This document shows, piece by piece, positions 38,775 through 47,403 of a stretch of DNA of 64,000 bases. The stretch is from Dehalococcoidia bacterium (GTDB lineage Bacteria; Chloroflexota; Dehalococcoidia; Lucifugimonadales; VXLM01): contig OY759598.1 in NCBI GenBank assembly GCA_963662435.1, forward strand, positions 1,334,507 through 1,398,506, given 5' to 3'. The translations under genes and the position numbers were made by a program. Within the stretch, counting starts at the first letter, position 1. Every line of letters starts with the position of its first letter. The notes under the pieces were generated by a model. The model was not told the DNA's origin and did not search any database. It saw nothing but the letters and a program-made list of their open reading frames with translations.

Positions 38775-40046
38775 ATGAGTCAGAGCCATCCCGAACTCGG
38801 CGACGTGCTTCAACCCCACGAATCGCTGTGGGACTTAGTCCGGTCGCGCGGAATGGAGCGCCGCCGATTTCTCCAACTCATGATGGCCGGGGGTACCTCG
38901 GCCGTCCTCACCGCCTGCGGCATCGGGACCTCCCCTGGCGATCCGACCAAGTTGGCGTCGGAACGGACGGATGCTATCCAGACCTTGGCTTCCCCATGGT
39001 TCAAGGACCCCACGCCGTTCATTCAGCGCGAGGACAAGGGCCTGGAGGCCCGGCTGGAAGACATGCAGGGGATGATCACGCCGAACCGGCTGTTCTTTGT
39101 CCGCAACAATTCCTCGAGCGTGAGCTTGGACACCGCAGACTGGCGGCTCGCCGTTGAAGGTGACGCGGTGGACGATCCCCTGGAACTCACCTACGAGAAC
39201 CTCATGAGCCTCCCCAGCCGCACTCTAATTTCATACCTCGAGTGCGCCGGAAATCACCGCGCCATGTTCGGTCTCCTGAAGGGGCAAAGGTCCTCCGGCA
39301 CCCAGTGGATGACAGGCGCAATTGGCAACGGTGAATGGGTCGGCGTCGCGTTGCGCGATGTGCTGGCCCTGGCGGGCATTCACGCGAGCGCCGTCAGCGT
39401 GCTGCTTGTGGGCCTGGACAAGGAATCGCCTGAGGAGGGTTTCCGGTTCGTCCTGCCGGTGGAAAAGGCGATGCATCCCGACACCGTCCTGGCCTACGCG
39501 CTGAACGGGGAAACACTGCCCAAGGACCATGGTTTCCCGCTGCGCGCACTCGTTCCCGGCTGGGTGGGGAGCGCCAATATCAAGTGGCTTGGGCGCATCG
39601 TCGTGTCTTCCGAGCAGATGTGGACGCGCAACAATACAACCTCGTACACACTCATGGGTGATGACTATCCGCCTGAGGGAGAGTCATTGGGCAGCCCCGT
39701 GACGGAGCAGGTCATCAAGAGTGCTCTCGCCCTGCCCTGGCCTGCGGAGCTCTCGGCAGGACGCCGCCGCATCCACGGCTACGCACACTCGCCGGCGGGA
39801 CCAATCTCACGCGTGCGGTGGAGTTCCGACTCCGGAGTCACCTGGAATGATGCGGAACTATCGGGCAGTCAACCGGACTACTCATGGGCGCGCTTCGAGT
39901 TCGTCTGGGACGCCGAGGCGGGCGACCGCACAATAATGACCCGCGCCACCGATGCCGAGGGCAACACCCAACCCGACGAAGTGCCGTTCAACGAAAAGGG
40001 CTACCTGTTCAACCAGCCGTTGCAGCATCCGATTCGAGTCGTCTGA
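38775..40046 (+). CDS. Sulfite oxidase family molybdopterin enzyme, probable Tat-exported lipoprotein
   Basis: RRRFLQ + LTAC, FFVRN, LECAGN, DHGFPLR, PGWVG..IKWL and a C-terminal dimerisation domain. Confidence 0.92.
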   Translation: MSQSHPELGDVLQPHESLWDLVRSRGMERRRFLQLMMAGGTSAVLTACGIGTSPGDPTKLASERTDAIQTLASPWFKDPTPFIQREDKGLEARLEDMQGMITPNRLFFVRNNSSSVSLDTADWRLAVEGDAVDDPLELTYENLMSLPSRTLISYLECAGNHRAMFGLLKGQRSSGTQWMTGAIGNGEWVGVALRDVLALAGIHASAVSVLLVGLDKESPEEGFRFVLPVEKAMHPDTVLAYALNGETLPKDHGFPLRALVPGWVGSANIKWLGRIVVSSEQMWTRNNTTSYTLMGDDYPPEGESLGSPVTEQVIKSALALPWPAELSAGRRRIHGYAHSPAGPISRVRWSSDSGVTWNDAELSGSQPDYSWARFEFVWDAEAGDRTIMTRATDAEGNTQPDEVPFNEKGYLFNQPLQHPIRVV

Positions 40047-40193
40047 TCCTCCACATGAACGGCAGTGAAGTCGAGTTCTTGGACGGCGCTGCCCTACTTG
40101 ATCGCATACTCGTCTTCCCTTTGAAACAAGAAGGGCGAGGAGCAGTCGTTGCTCCTCACCCTATATACGGAGTCAGCGCTTCAGCCTAGATCC

Positions 40194-41684
40194 CTACTTG
40201 ATCACCTCCTTTGCCTTTCGGCGCGGACCGATGAAGAGGAAGACCCCGAAGGTCGCCGTCAGCGCCCCGATGATCCCGGTGGCCAGCAACAGTGCTCCGC
40301 CGGGAGAGTAGTCACCCGTCACAGGTGGTGCGGGTTCAGGTGTGGGTTCAGGTGCGGGACTCTCCTCCACCTCGTTGGTCTCCTCTTCCGCCATGGGCGC
40401 GGCATGGAGCGTCAGGAGAGCCGTGGCATCCGCGGTCCAACCGTGAGTCTCCTTGCTCAGATCGTTCATTCCTACAATCCCCGCGTGGACCGATCTCATC
40501 CCTTCGCCCAAACCCTCCGATAGTGCTGCCTCTCCACCACCCAGGCACGGGACGGTCGCCGTTGTCTCGTCGTTCGTTTCCGATCCGGAATCGAATACCA
40601 GCGCCGTGACCGGATCGCCGAAGGAGAGCACCCCGTCGTCTGCCGTCAAACTTCCCGTCGCGCGGATGTACGCGTCGTTGGTGCAGGCAAACATTCCCAC
40701 TACCGTCACGTCCGCTCCGGCGACTCCATACAGCTTCTCCGCCGTGAAGGACCCGCCGGGGCCGATCGGGCCGCCGCTGTCGATGGCGTATACCCAGACC
40801 ACTCCGGGCCTCGTGCTGAGCGTGGCAACCAGGTCGCCCTGCACACCACCCTCAGCCAGGTCGTCAATGCCGTCCAGCTCTGTTGGGCTTTCGTAGTGGA
40901 ACACGTCAACTGCGGGGTCATGCACTACCACGACCGGCGGGGTGATCGGCTGTCCGCCCGTGAGGTTCTCGAGCGTGAGGCCGAATTCGACGGACTCAGG
41001 AGCAGTTTCCCCGGCAGGAGTCACAAAGATCTGCATCCCGGGGCCGTCCCACCCGTGGTCCTCCTTGGAAAGATCGGCCTCTCCGACAATGCCTGGGTGA
41101 ATCGCAATCTTGCCCTCGGCAAGTCCGTCGGACAGGCCGGCCGCCTCTCCTCCGAGACAGGGGACGGTGGCCCTCGTCTCGTCATTCGCCTCCGTACCGG
41201 CGTCCCACACGGCCCCGGACGACATCGCGAATCTCCCACCGTTCGCTGACAGACGCGCTGTCGCGTAGGTGATCGCGTCGTTGGTGCAGGCAAGCATCCC
41301 GATGACGCTCACATAGTCGCCGGGAGAGGCCGTTACGCCCGTCTGGGTAGCCTCGGAACCGGGTGGCAGCGGGCCTTCCACGTCCATGATCGTAGCGGAC
41401 TTGACCCCTTCCCACTCAGCGACCGCAGCCGCGAAGCCGGAGGGATCGCCCGACTCGGCGAGGGCAGGCAGACCGCTGATGGCCTCCGGGTCCTCGGGTA
41501 AACTGACGAGCGAACCCGTGTGAACGATGATGACCGGCGGCGTAATCGGCTGGCCCCTCATCACGTTTCGAACCGTTACGTCAAGGCCCGAACCGTCGTC
41601 GGCGGCTTCCTGGGCATGGACTACCTGGGTAGAAAAGAAAATAACAATCGCGGCAATGAATACTGTGGTAAATGGTCTTGCCAT
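40194..41684 (-). CDS. Secreted protein with two Spondin_N-like domains and a sortase-like C-terminal anchor
   Basis: Signal peptide (VHA-QE). Duplicated GQPITPPV..H / LAE.G / M.ACTNDA / D.G.E.N motifs. PPVTG followed by a TM segment and a basic tail. Confidence 0.8.
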   Translation of the reverse strand: MARPFTTVFIAAIVIFFSTQVVHAQEAADDGSGLDVTVRNVMRGQPITPPVIIVHTGSLVSLPEDPEAISGLPALAESGDPSGFAAAVAEWEGVKSATIMDVEGPLPPGSEATQTGVTASPGDYVSVIGMLACTNDAITYATARLSANGGRFAMSSGAVWDAGTEANDETRATVPCLGGEAAGLSDGLAEGKIAIHPGIVGEADLSKEDHGWDGPGMQIFVTPAGETAPESVEFGLTLENLTGGQPITPPVVVVHDPAVDVFHYESPTELDGIDDLAEGGVQGDLVATLSTRPGVVWVYAIDSGGPIGPGGSFTAEKLYGVAGADVTVVGMFACTNDAYIRATGSLTADDGVLSFGDPVTALVFDSGSETNDETTATVPCLGGGEAALSEGLGEGMRSVHAGIVGMNDLSKETHGWTADATALLTLHAAPMAEEETNEVEESPAPEPTPEPAPPVTGDYSPGGALLLATGIIGALTATFGVFLFIGPRRKAKEVIK

Positions 41685-42039
41685 GCTAGCTCTCCTTGAG
41701 TGCTGCTTTATTCGTACTGGCCACTTAGGAAAATCCCATAGAACCTCCAGATTCGTTCTTGCTTAATCAAACGACCGGCCTTTTATCGCGTTAGCGATTG
41801 CAATGTGTCTCAGCTACGAACATAGCCCGCCGTCCCACTGATCAAAACGATGCAGCTGGATGGATGAAAAGGAGATGGAAACGCCGAAAAGCGTGACTGC
41901 ACGCGACCCCAATGTAGGTCGCATAGTGAACGTGGTTTAGCGGAGAAAAGGGGGATGGAATGCGCGACGGCACTGCAGTACCAGAGAGAGGCACGCCGGA
42001 CACGAGACGCTAGGTCACGCGGACGTGTGAGGAAGTGGT

Positions 42040-42116
42040 TGGTAGCGCATACGGGATTCGAACCCGTGATCTCCGCCTTGAGAGGGCGGTGTCCTAGGCC
42101 GCTAGACGAATGCGCC
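42040..42116 (-). tRNA. tRNA-Glu (CTC)
   Basis: Cloverleaf with anticodon arm ccgcc-ctCTCaa-ggcgg, GGTTCGAATCC and encoded CCA. Confidence 0.97.
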
Positions 42117-42129
42117 ACGCTCATCGGCC

Positions 42130-42203
42130 TGGCTGGGGATAGAGGATTCGAACCTCTGCTTACAGATCCAGAGTCTGTCGTCCTACCACTAGACGAATCC
42201 CCA
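42130..42203 (-). tRNA. tRNA-Gln (CTG)
   Basis: Cloverleaf with anticodon arm acaga-ctCTGga-tctgt and encoded CCA. Confidence 0.97.
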
Positions 42204-42213
42204 ACTTAGCCCA

Positions 42214-42304
42214 AATCATACCATAATGGTCAAGTCCGTTCAACAGGATTCGTAGCGGGGGAACCCCGAATCCGTTGACAAGGTGTTAACCCTGCCGATA
42301 GTAT
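42214..42304. promoter_or_regulatory. Divergent sigma70 promoters for the tRNA pair (TTGAAC-17-TATGAT, minus) and rpsP (TTGACA-18-TAGTAT, plus)
   Basis: Consensus-like hexamers at correct spacing. Confidence 0.65.
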
Positions 42305-42343
42305 CTGTTGTTGGAGCAGTAGAAATTTGCAGCGTGGTGATAG

Positions 42344-42604
42344 ATGCTAAAGATTAGACTCAGACGTGTCGGGGCGAAGAAGCAGCCCTCATTCCGTGTC
42401 GTCGTCGCCGATTCCAGGGAGGCGCGAGACGGTAAGTTCGTCGACCACCTCGGCCACTACAACGCCCGGCAGGACCCGCCGGAAGTCGTCATTGACGAAG
42501 AAAAGGCCATCAAGTGGCTCCGCGTCGGTGCTCAGCCGACCGAGGCCGTCGAGGGCATCCTCCGGCGAATGGGCACCCTCGACAAGGTGAAGGAAGAGGC
42601 TTGA
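42344..42604 (+). CDS. rpsP: 30S ribosomal protein S16
   Basis: MLKIRLRRVGAKKQP...RDGK...GAQPT. Confidence 0.98.
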   Translation: MLKIRLRRVGAKKQPSFRVVVADSREARDGKFVDHLGHYNARQDPPEVVIDEEKAIKWLRVGAQPTEAVEGILRRMGTLDKVKEEA

Positions 42605-42828
42605 AGGAACTCGTCGAATACATCGCATGTTCCATAGCGTCCAATCCCGATGAGGTCCGCGTGACCGAAGAGGGCGACGACGAACGCGTCTACGTACGTC
42701 TCGAGGTGGCGCCCGAGGACAAGGGCAAGGTCATCGGGCGAGACGGTCGTGTAGCCCAGTCCATCCGATCTCTCCTGCGCGTAGCGGCGGTCAAGCAAGA
42801 CGTTCACACCGTTCTCGAGATCGAATAA
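42601..42828 (+). CDS. khpA: KH-domain RNA-binding protein
   Basis: MKELVEYIA...DKGKVIGRDG in the conserved rpsP-khpA-rimM order. Confidence 0.93.
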   Translation: MKELVEYIACSIASNPDEVRVTEEGDDERVYVRLEVAPEDKGKVIGRDGRVAQSIRSLLRVAAVKQDVHTVLEIE

Positions 42829-42880
42829 GCTCCCCGACATCAGGTAGTTGACTCGATCAGAGCGCAATGAGGCGCACACC

Positions 42881-43396
42881 GTGATTGCCGATGACCACGT
42901 CGTTGTCGGAAACATCATCGGCGCATGGGGTCTTCGAGGCGACGTCAAGGTCGAAGCCCAGAGCGACTTCCCCGATAGATTTATCCCCGGCGGCGTCGTT
43001 TACATGGACAACGACCGCTGCGTCATTCTCCGGGTGCATCAGCACAAGGTCGGCTTCGTAGTCGGTCTCGACGCGGTGCCCGACCGGACGGCGGCAGAGC
43101 GACTGCGTGGCAAGCGGCTGACCGTTCCCACCTCTGAGATGCCTGAGCTCGACCGTGGCACCTTCTTCTACTTCGACATCATCGATATGGCCGTGCAGAC
43201 GGCGGACGGCGACGAGCTTGGCCGGGTCGCCGAGATAATCTCCTCAGGCGGCAATGACGTCTACCTAGTCCGTGGAGACGGGGGAGAGGTGATGATCCCC
43301 GCTGCGCGTGAGTATGTTGACGAAATCGATGTCGAGCGCGGCGTCATGACGGTGTCCCTTCCTGACGGATACCTCGATGCCATGCGCAAGCAGTAG
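42881..43396 (+). CDS. rimM: Ribosome maturation factor RimM (start could be 42848)
   Basis: WGLRGDVKV, FFYFDIID, GGNDVY and MIPA. Confidence 0.93.
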   Translation: MIADDHVVVGNIIGAWGLRGDVKVEAQSDFPDRFIPGGVVYMDNDRCVILRVHQHKVGFVVGLDAVPDRTAAERLRGKRLTVPTSEMPELDRGTFFYFDIIDMAVQTADGDELGRVAEIISSGGNDVYLVRGDGGEVMIPAAREYVDEIDVERGVMTVSLPDGYLDAMRKQ

Positions 43397-43467
43397 TCCC
43401 ATTTTTTGACCGTTACTAACGCCCGTGCTAGAATCGGGCCACTGAGTTTGAGTGAAGGAGGCCTGAG

Positions 43468-44226
43468 TTGTCGGGTCACTCAAAGTGGTCGACCATCAAG
43501 CACACGAAGGGCGTCAACGACGCCCGGCGCGGGAAGCTGTTCACCAAGCTAACGAAGGAAATCATCGTCGCCGTTAAGCAGGGCGGCGCCGATCCCGACG
43601 CCAACTTCAAACTGCGCATGGCTGTCCAGCGTGCCAAGGACCAGAACCTTCCCGGCGATACCATCGACAGGGCGATAAAACGTGCGTCCGGCGAGGGTGC
43701 CGACGGCGCGCAAATGGTTGAAGCGACCTACGAAGGCTACGGCCCCGGGGGAATCGGCATACTCGTCGAGGTCTTGACCGACAACAGGAACCGGACGGTA
43801 TCCGACGTGCGGTCGACTCTCACCAAGGGTGGGGGGAACCTCGCGAACTCAGGCGCCGTGGCCTGGCAGTTCGACCAACGCGGAGTTGTGATTGCCGAGG
43901 CGGACGACGATGACGCCGAAGACCTCGCCCTGGCGGCCATTGACGCCGGCATCATAGACTTCGACGCCGACGAAGGTGTGGTCAGCTTCTTCGCGACCCC
44001 GTCGGACCTCGAGAGCGTACGAGAAGCGCTCGACGATGCGGGTGCCTCGATACGGTCCTCCGAGCTGTCTATGGTCCCACAGAACACCGTGGAGCTCGAA
44101 GATAGAGAAGCTGTGCGTACGCTCAGGCTTCTCGACCAGCTAGAAGAGCTTGACGACGTGCAGAGGGTGTTCTCGAACGCCGACTTCCCGGACCAGGTGC
44201 TCGCTGACTACAGTCAGCAGTCATAG
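43468..44226 (+). CDS. yebC: YebC/PmpR family protein
   Basis: MSGHSKWSTIK, YEGYGPGG, TDNRNRT and DDVQRV. Confidence 0.96.
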   Translation: MSGHSKWSTIKHTKGVNDARRGKLFTKLTKEIIVAVKQGGADPDANFKLRMAVQRAKDQNLPGDTIDRAIKRASGEGADGAQMVEATYEGYGPGGIGILVEVLTDNRNRTVSDVRSTLTKGGGNLANSGAVAWQFDQRGVVIAEADDDDAEDLALAAIDAGIIDFDADEGVVSFFATPSDLESVREALDDAGASIRSSELSMVPQNTVELEDREAVRTLRLLDQLEELDDVQRVFSNADFPDQVLADYSQQS

Positions 44227-44316
44227 GCTTCACGGCCGAGCCTGTGGGAGGACGCTGCATGGGCGCTCCCCTGCCCTTTCCAGGCCGACATTCCGCAGGA
44301 TGAGAGGATCGCCCCA

Positions 44317-44808
44317 GTGCGAGTGCTCGGAATCGACCCCGGAACGTACCACCTCGGAGTAGGCGTGGTCGACTACGACGACGATCCGCACCACGTGTAT
44401 TCGGCGATCGTCAGCCCCAAGAGGAGCAAGAAGCTCCCGGAGCGTCTGGCGCATCTCTATGAAGGCCTGAGCCAGATCGTCGCTCAATGGTCACCTGATG
44501 AGATGGCGATCGAGCAGCCGTTCGCTTCCAAGAACGTCAGCTCCGCGATGGCGATCGGACACGCGCAGGCGATAGCGATGCTCGTCGCCGCCCAGAACCA
44601 GATGCCCACAACGACATACGCCCCGCGCCAGATCAAGCAGGCCGTGACCGACTACGGCGGAAGCTCCAAAGAACAGGTCAGGGAGATGGTCGCCGTCATG
44701 TTGGAAATGCACGGTGAGATCGAACAGTCGGACGAGTCCGACGCACTGGCCGTAGCCCTATGTCACGTACACGCCACTCAAGCCTCCGAACTCGTATTCC
44801 TGGACTGA
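44317..44808 (+). CDS. ruvC: Holliday junction resolvase RuvC
   Basis: GIDPG, AIEQ, IKQAVT and DESDALA. Confidence 0.95.
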   Translation: MRVLGIDPGTYHLGVGVVDYDDDPHHVYSAIVSPKRSKKLPERLAHLYEGLSQIVAQWSPDEMAIEQPFASKNVSSAMAIGHAQAIAMLVAAQNQMPTTTYAPRQIKQAVTDYGGSSKEQVREMVAVMLEMHGEIEQSDESDALAVALCHVHATQASELVFLD

Positions 44809-44812
44809 TCAA

Positions 44813-45388
44813 TTGATTACTTCCCTATCAGGCACGCTGTCTTCGGTTGGACTCGATTGGGTCGAAGTCTCGGTCGGTGGCGTGGGCCTACGGGTGAACG
44901 TGCCCTCTTCGCTCATAGACGAGGTCGGTCAGGTGGGCGACGGAGTGAAGCTCTTCACGTCGCTTCAGGTCAAGGAGGACAGCCTCACCCTGTACGGCTT
45001 CCCAAACTCCGACGGTCGGCAGGCCTTCGAGGCCCTGCTCGGCGTCAACGGCGTTGGCCCGCGACTCGCCCTTTCCATCCTGTCGAGAATGGCCCCGGAG
45101 ACCCTCGCTCTCGCCGTGGCGACCGAGGACCCGTCGGAATTCAAAGGCGTATCGGGAGTCGGCGCCAGGATTGCGCAGCGGATCGTTTTGGAGCTCAAGG
45201 GCAAGCTAGAAATCGAAATGACTGCCGCCCCGACAGCACGACCCGACGCCGAGCTGACGGAAGCGCTCACGGCGCTGGGCTACAGCATGTCCGAGGTGAT
45301 GGAAGCAGTTGCGAGCCTCCCACGAGACGAGCCGCTGGAGTTCGAAGACAAGGTGCGTCACTCCCTCGAATACCTGGCAGGTGTGTAG
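44813..45388 (+). CDS. ruvA: Holliday junction branch migration protein RuvA
   Basis: VKED..LYGF, VNGVGPRLA, RIVLELKGK and ALTALGY. Confidence 0.96.
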   Translation: MITSLSGTLSSVGLDWVEVSVGGVGLRVNVPSSLIDEVGQVGDGVKLFTSLQVKEDSLTLYGFPNSDGRQAFEALLGVNGVGPRLALSILSRMAPETLALAVATEDPSEFKGVSGVGARIAQRIVLELKGKLEIEMTAAPTARPDAELTEALTALGYSMSEVMEAVASLPRDEPLEFEDKVRHSLEYLAGV

Positions 45389-45394
45389 CACGAC

Positions 45395-46168
45395 ATGACC
45401 TCCTACGACGACTGGGCGGATGTCTACGATTCGATCTACGCCTACGTCCGGGAGGACATCCCCTTCTACGTGCAGGAAGCGTTACGTTCGGGCGGCCCCG
45501 TTCTTGAACTGGGGTGCGGTACCGGACGCGTGACCGTGCCCATCGCACAAGCCGGCATAGATATCGTCGGACTGGACAACTCGGAAGGAATGCTGGAACG
45601 TGCCAGGGGCAAGGCACGAGAACTCGAACCGGGACATGGCAGCATCGACCTTCAAATGGGAGACATGCGAGAGTTCTCGCTTGGCCGGACATTCCCGCTC
45701 ATCATCGTACCTTTTCGCGGATTCCTTTCGCTGCTCAGTGTGGAAGACCAGGTCACTTGCCTGACCAGCGTCAAAAGCCACCTCCAACCGGATGGACGGC
45801 TCATATTCAACATCTTTGTGCCCGACCCGCAAATGCTCGTTGAAGACGAGGACGCCGCCTTCCACCTCCGCGATGTCGCCGATCCCAACACCGGCCGCAC
45901 GTCGATCGTGTGGCAGCAGACGAGAGTGGACAACCACAACCAGGTCCTGTCCATCAGGCTCATCGTCGATGAGACCGACCAACAGGGCAAGGTGGGAAAC
46001 AGGTTCTACTGTGACTACCAGATACGATACGCCCATCGATACGAGACTCTGCACCTGCTCGAAAGGTGCGGATTCGAAGTCGTCGACCTCCACGGGGACT
46101 TCGACGGAACACCCTTCGACGATGAAAGCGGAGAAATGGTCTGGGTTGCAACGGCCCGCAATCCCTGA
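45395..46168 (+). CDS. Class I SAM-dependent methyltransferase
   Basis: VLELGCGTGR, GLD and GDMR. Confidence 0.92.
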   Translation: MTSYDDWADVYDSIYAYVREDIPFYVQEALRSGGPVLELGCGTGRVTVPIAQAGIDIVGLDNSEGMLERARGKARELEPGHGSIDLQMGDMREFSLGRTFPLIIVPFRGFLSLLSVEDQVTCLTSVKSHLQPDGRLIFNIFVPDPQMLVEDEDAAFHLRDVADPNTGRTSIVWQQTRVDNHNQVLSIRLIVDETDQQGKVGNRFYCDYQIRYAHRYETLHLLERCGFEVVDLHGDFDGTPFDDESGEMVWVATARNP

Positions 46169-46299
46169 CGGAGATTCTCCCCCAGCCCAAGTGGCCAGAC
46201 ACCGCGAATTGAAGGGTGACTTGGCGCACCCCCCACCTTCAAATGGACTCCACGCCTGCCCTAACCAATGAACGGGCACTTTGCTAAAACGAATCCAAT

Positions 46300-46328
46300 T
46301 TGACGCACGAGAACACATGCTCTAATCT
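46300..46328 (+). promoter_or_regulatory. Sigma70 promoter TTGACG-17-TAATCT with an overlapping LexA-type box (AGAAC-ACAT-GCTCT)
   Basis: Same architecture as the promoter at 10135-10107. The box is one mismatch from consensus. Confidence 0.65.
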
Positions 46329-46542
46329 GTGTTCCTCTAAGGGTTCATCATTTGACGGCTCCCCGCAACCCGAAAATCTGTTGGAGGAAGACTGATAACA
46401 CCGCACGAAAATTCTACACTTCTGTAGGACTCTCAAATCGTCTCACGACCCATCATCTGCCGACTGCAAGTCACTGATTCAGCCTGGAGTGACTCGGCTG
46501 TACGGACGAAGTCGAACGAGACCATGTGAGATTCGGAAGGCA

Positions 46543-47170
46543 TCTCAATTTGTTTCCCACTCTCAGACCGTCTCATGCCCCCAGAAATTCTCCCATTCTC
46601 AATACCTCTCACTTTCTCAATCCGTCTCATCCCCGCAGATTTTCTCCCATTCTCAAATCGCCTCACTCTCTCAATCCGTCTCATTCCCCCAGCATTTCTC
46701 CCACTCTCAAAACCTCTCACTTTCTCAATCCGTCTCATCCCCGCAGATTTTCTCCCACTCTCAAAACCTCTCACTTTCTCAAACCGTCTCATTCCCGCAG
46801 AACATCTCCCATTCTCAATTCGTCTCACTTTCTCAAACCGTCTCATCCCCGCAGAAATTCTCACATTCTCAAGACCTCTCACTTTCTCAAACCGTCTCAT
46901 CCTCGCAGAATTTCTCCCACTCTCAAAACCTCTCACTTTCTCAATCCGTCTCATCCCCGCAGATTTTCTCCCACTCTCAAAACCTCTCACTTTCTCAATC
47001 CGTCTCATCCCCGCAGATTTTCTCCCACTCTCAAAACCTCTCACTTTCTCAATCCGTCTCATCCCCGCAGATTTTCTCCCACTCTCAAAACCTCTCACTT
47101 TCTCAATCCGTCTCATCCCCGCAGATTTTCTCCCATTCTCAATTCGTCTCACTTTCTCAAACCGTCTCAT
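46543..47170. repeat. Tandem repeat of ~11.5 x 54 bp (3 x 18-bp subunits built on TCTCA)
   Basis: Consensus tctcactttctcaatccgtctcatccccgcagattttctcccactctcaaaacc, with only 3 G per unit on the + strand. Confidence 0.95.
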
Positions 47171-47214
47171 GCTCGACTCCCGCCCCTCACAGCTCGGGGA
47201 GCCATCCTCCAACG

Positions 47215-47306
47215 CTGAAGATGTCGCCTTTTCTCCTCTCCCGTCGTGGGAGAGGGCTAAGGTGAGGGTGAATCGTCACATCAAAATCATGTGGAACCGG
47301 TACTAG
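47215..47306. repeat. Partial copy of the CTAG-flanked MITE with an intact CCTCTCCCGTCGTGGGAGAGG hairpin
   Basis: Ends in atcatgtggaaccggtaCTAG. Represents the empty-site version of the IS1182 target. Confidence 0.7.
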
Positions 47307-47403
47307 GCCGCAACACGGTACAATGTGTGTATCGGCTATATCGGATAAGATTGGGATCAAGCGTCCGAGCCAAGCAGAGCCACCAGCAACAAAGGGAACG
47401 CCC

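Noticed and set aside
40092..40203. 12-bp direct repeat CCCTACTTGATC around a terminator-like hairpin
   Set aside because: It is too short and lacks element-like ends, so it may be chance.
41690..42040. Genomic island integrated at the tRNA-Glu 3' end
   Set aside because: I saw no integrase and no duplicated tRNA 3' end in the window.
46543..47170. Possible CRISPR array
   Set aside because: Units are contiguous near-identical 54-mers with no unique spacers, and there are no cas genes in the window.
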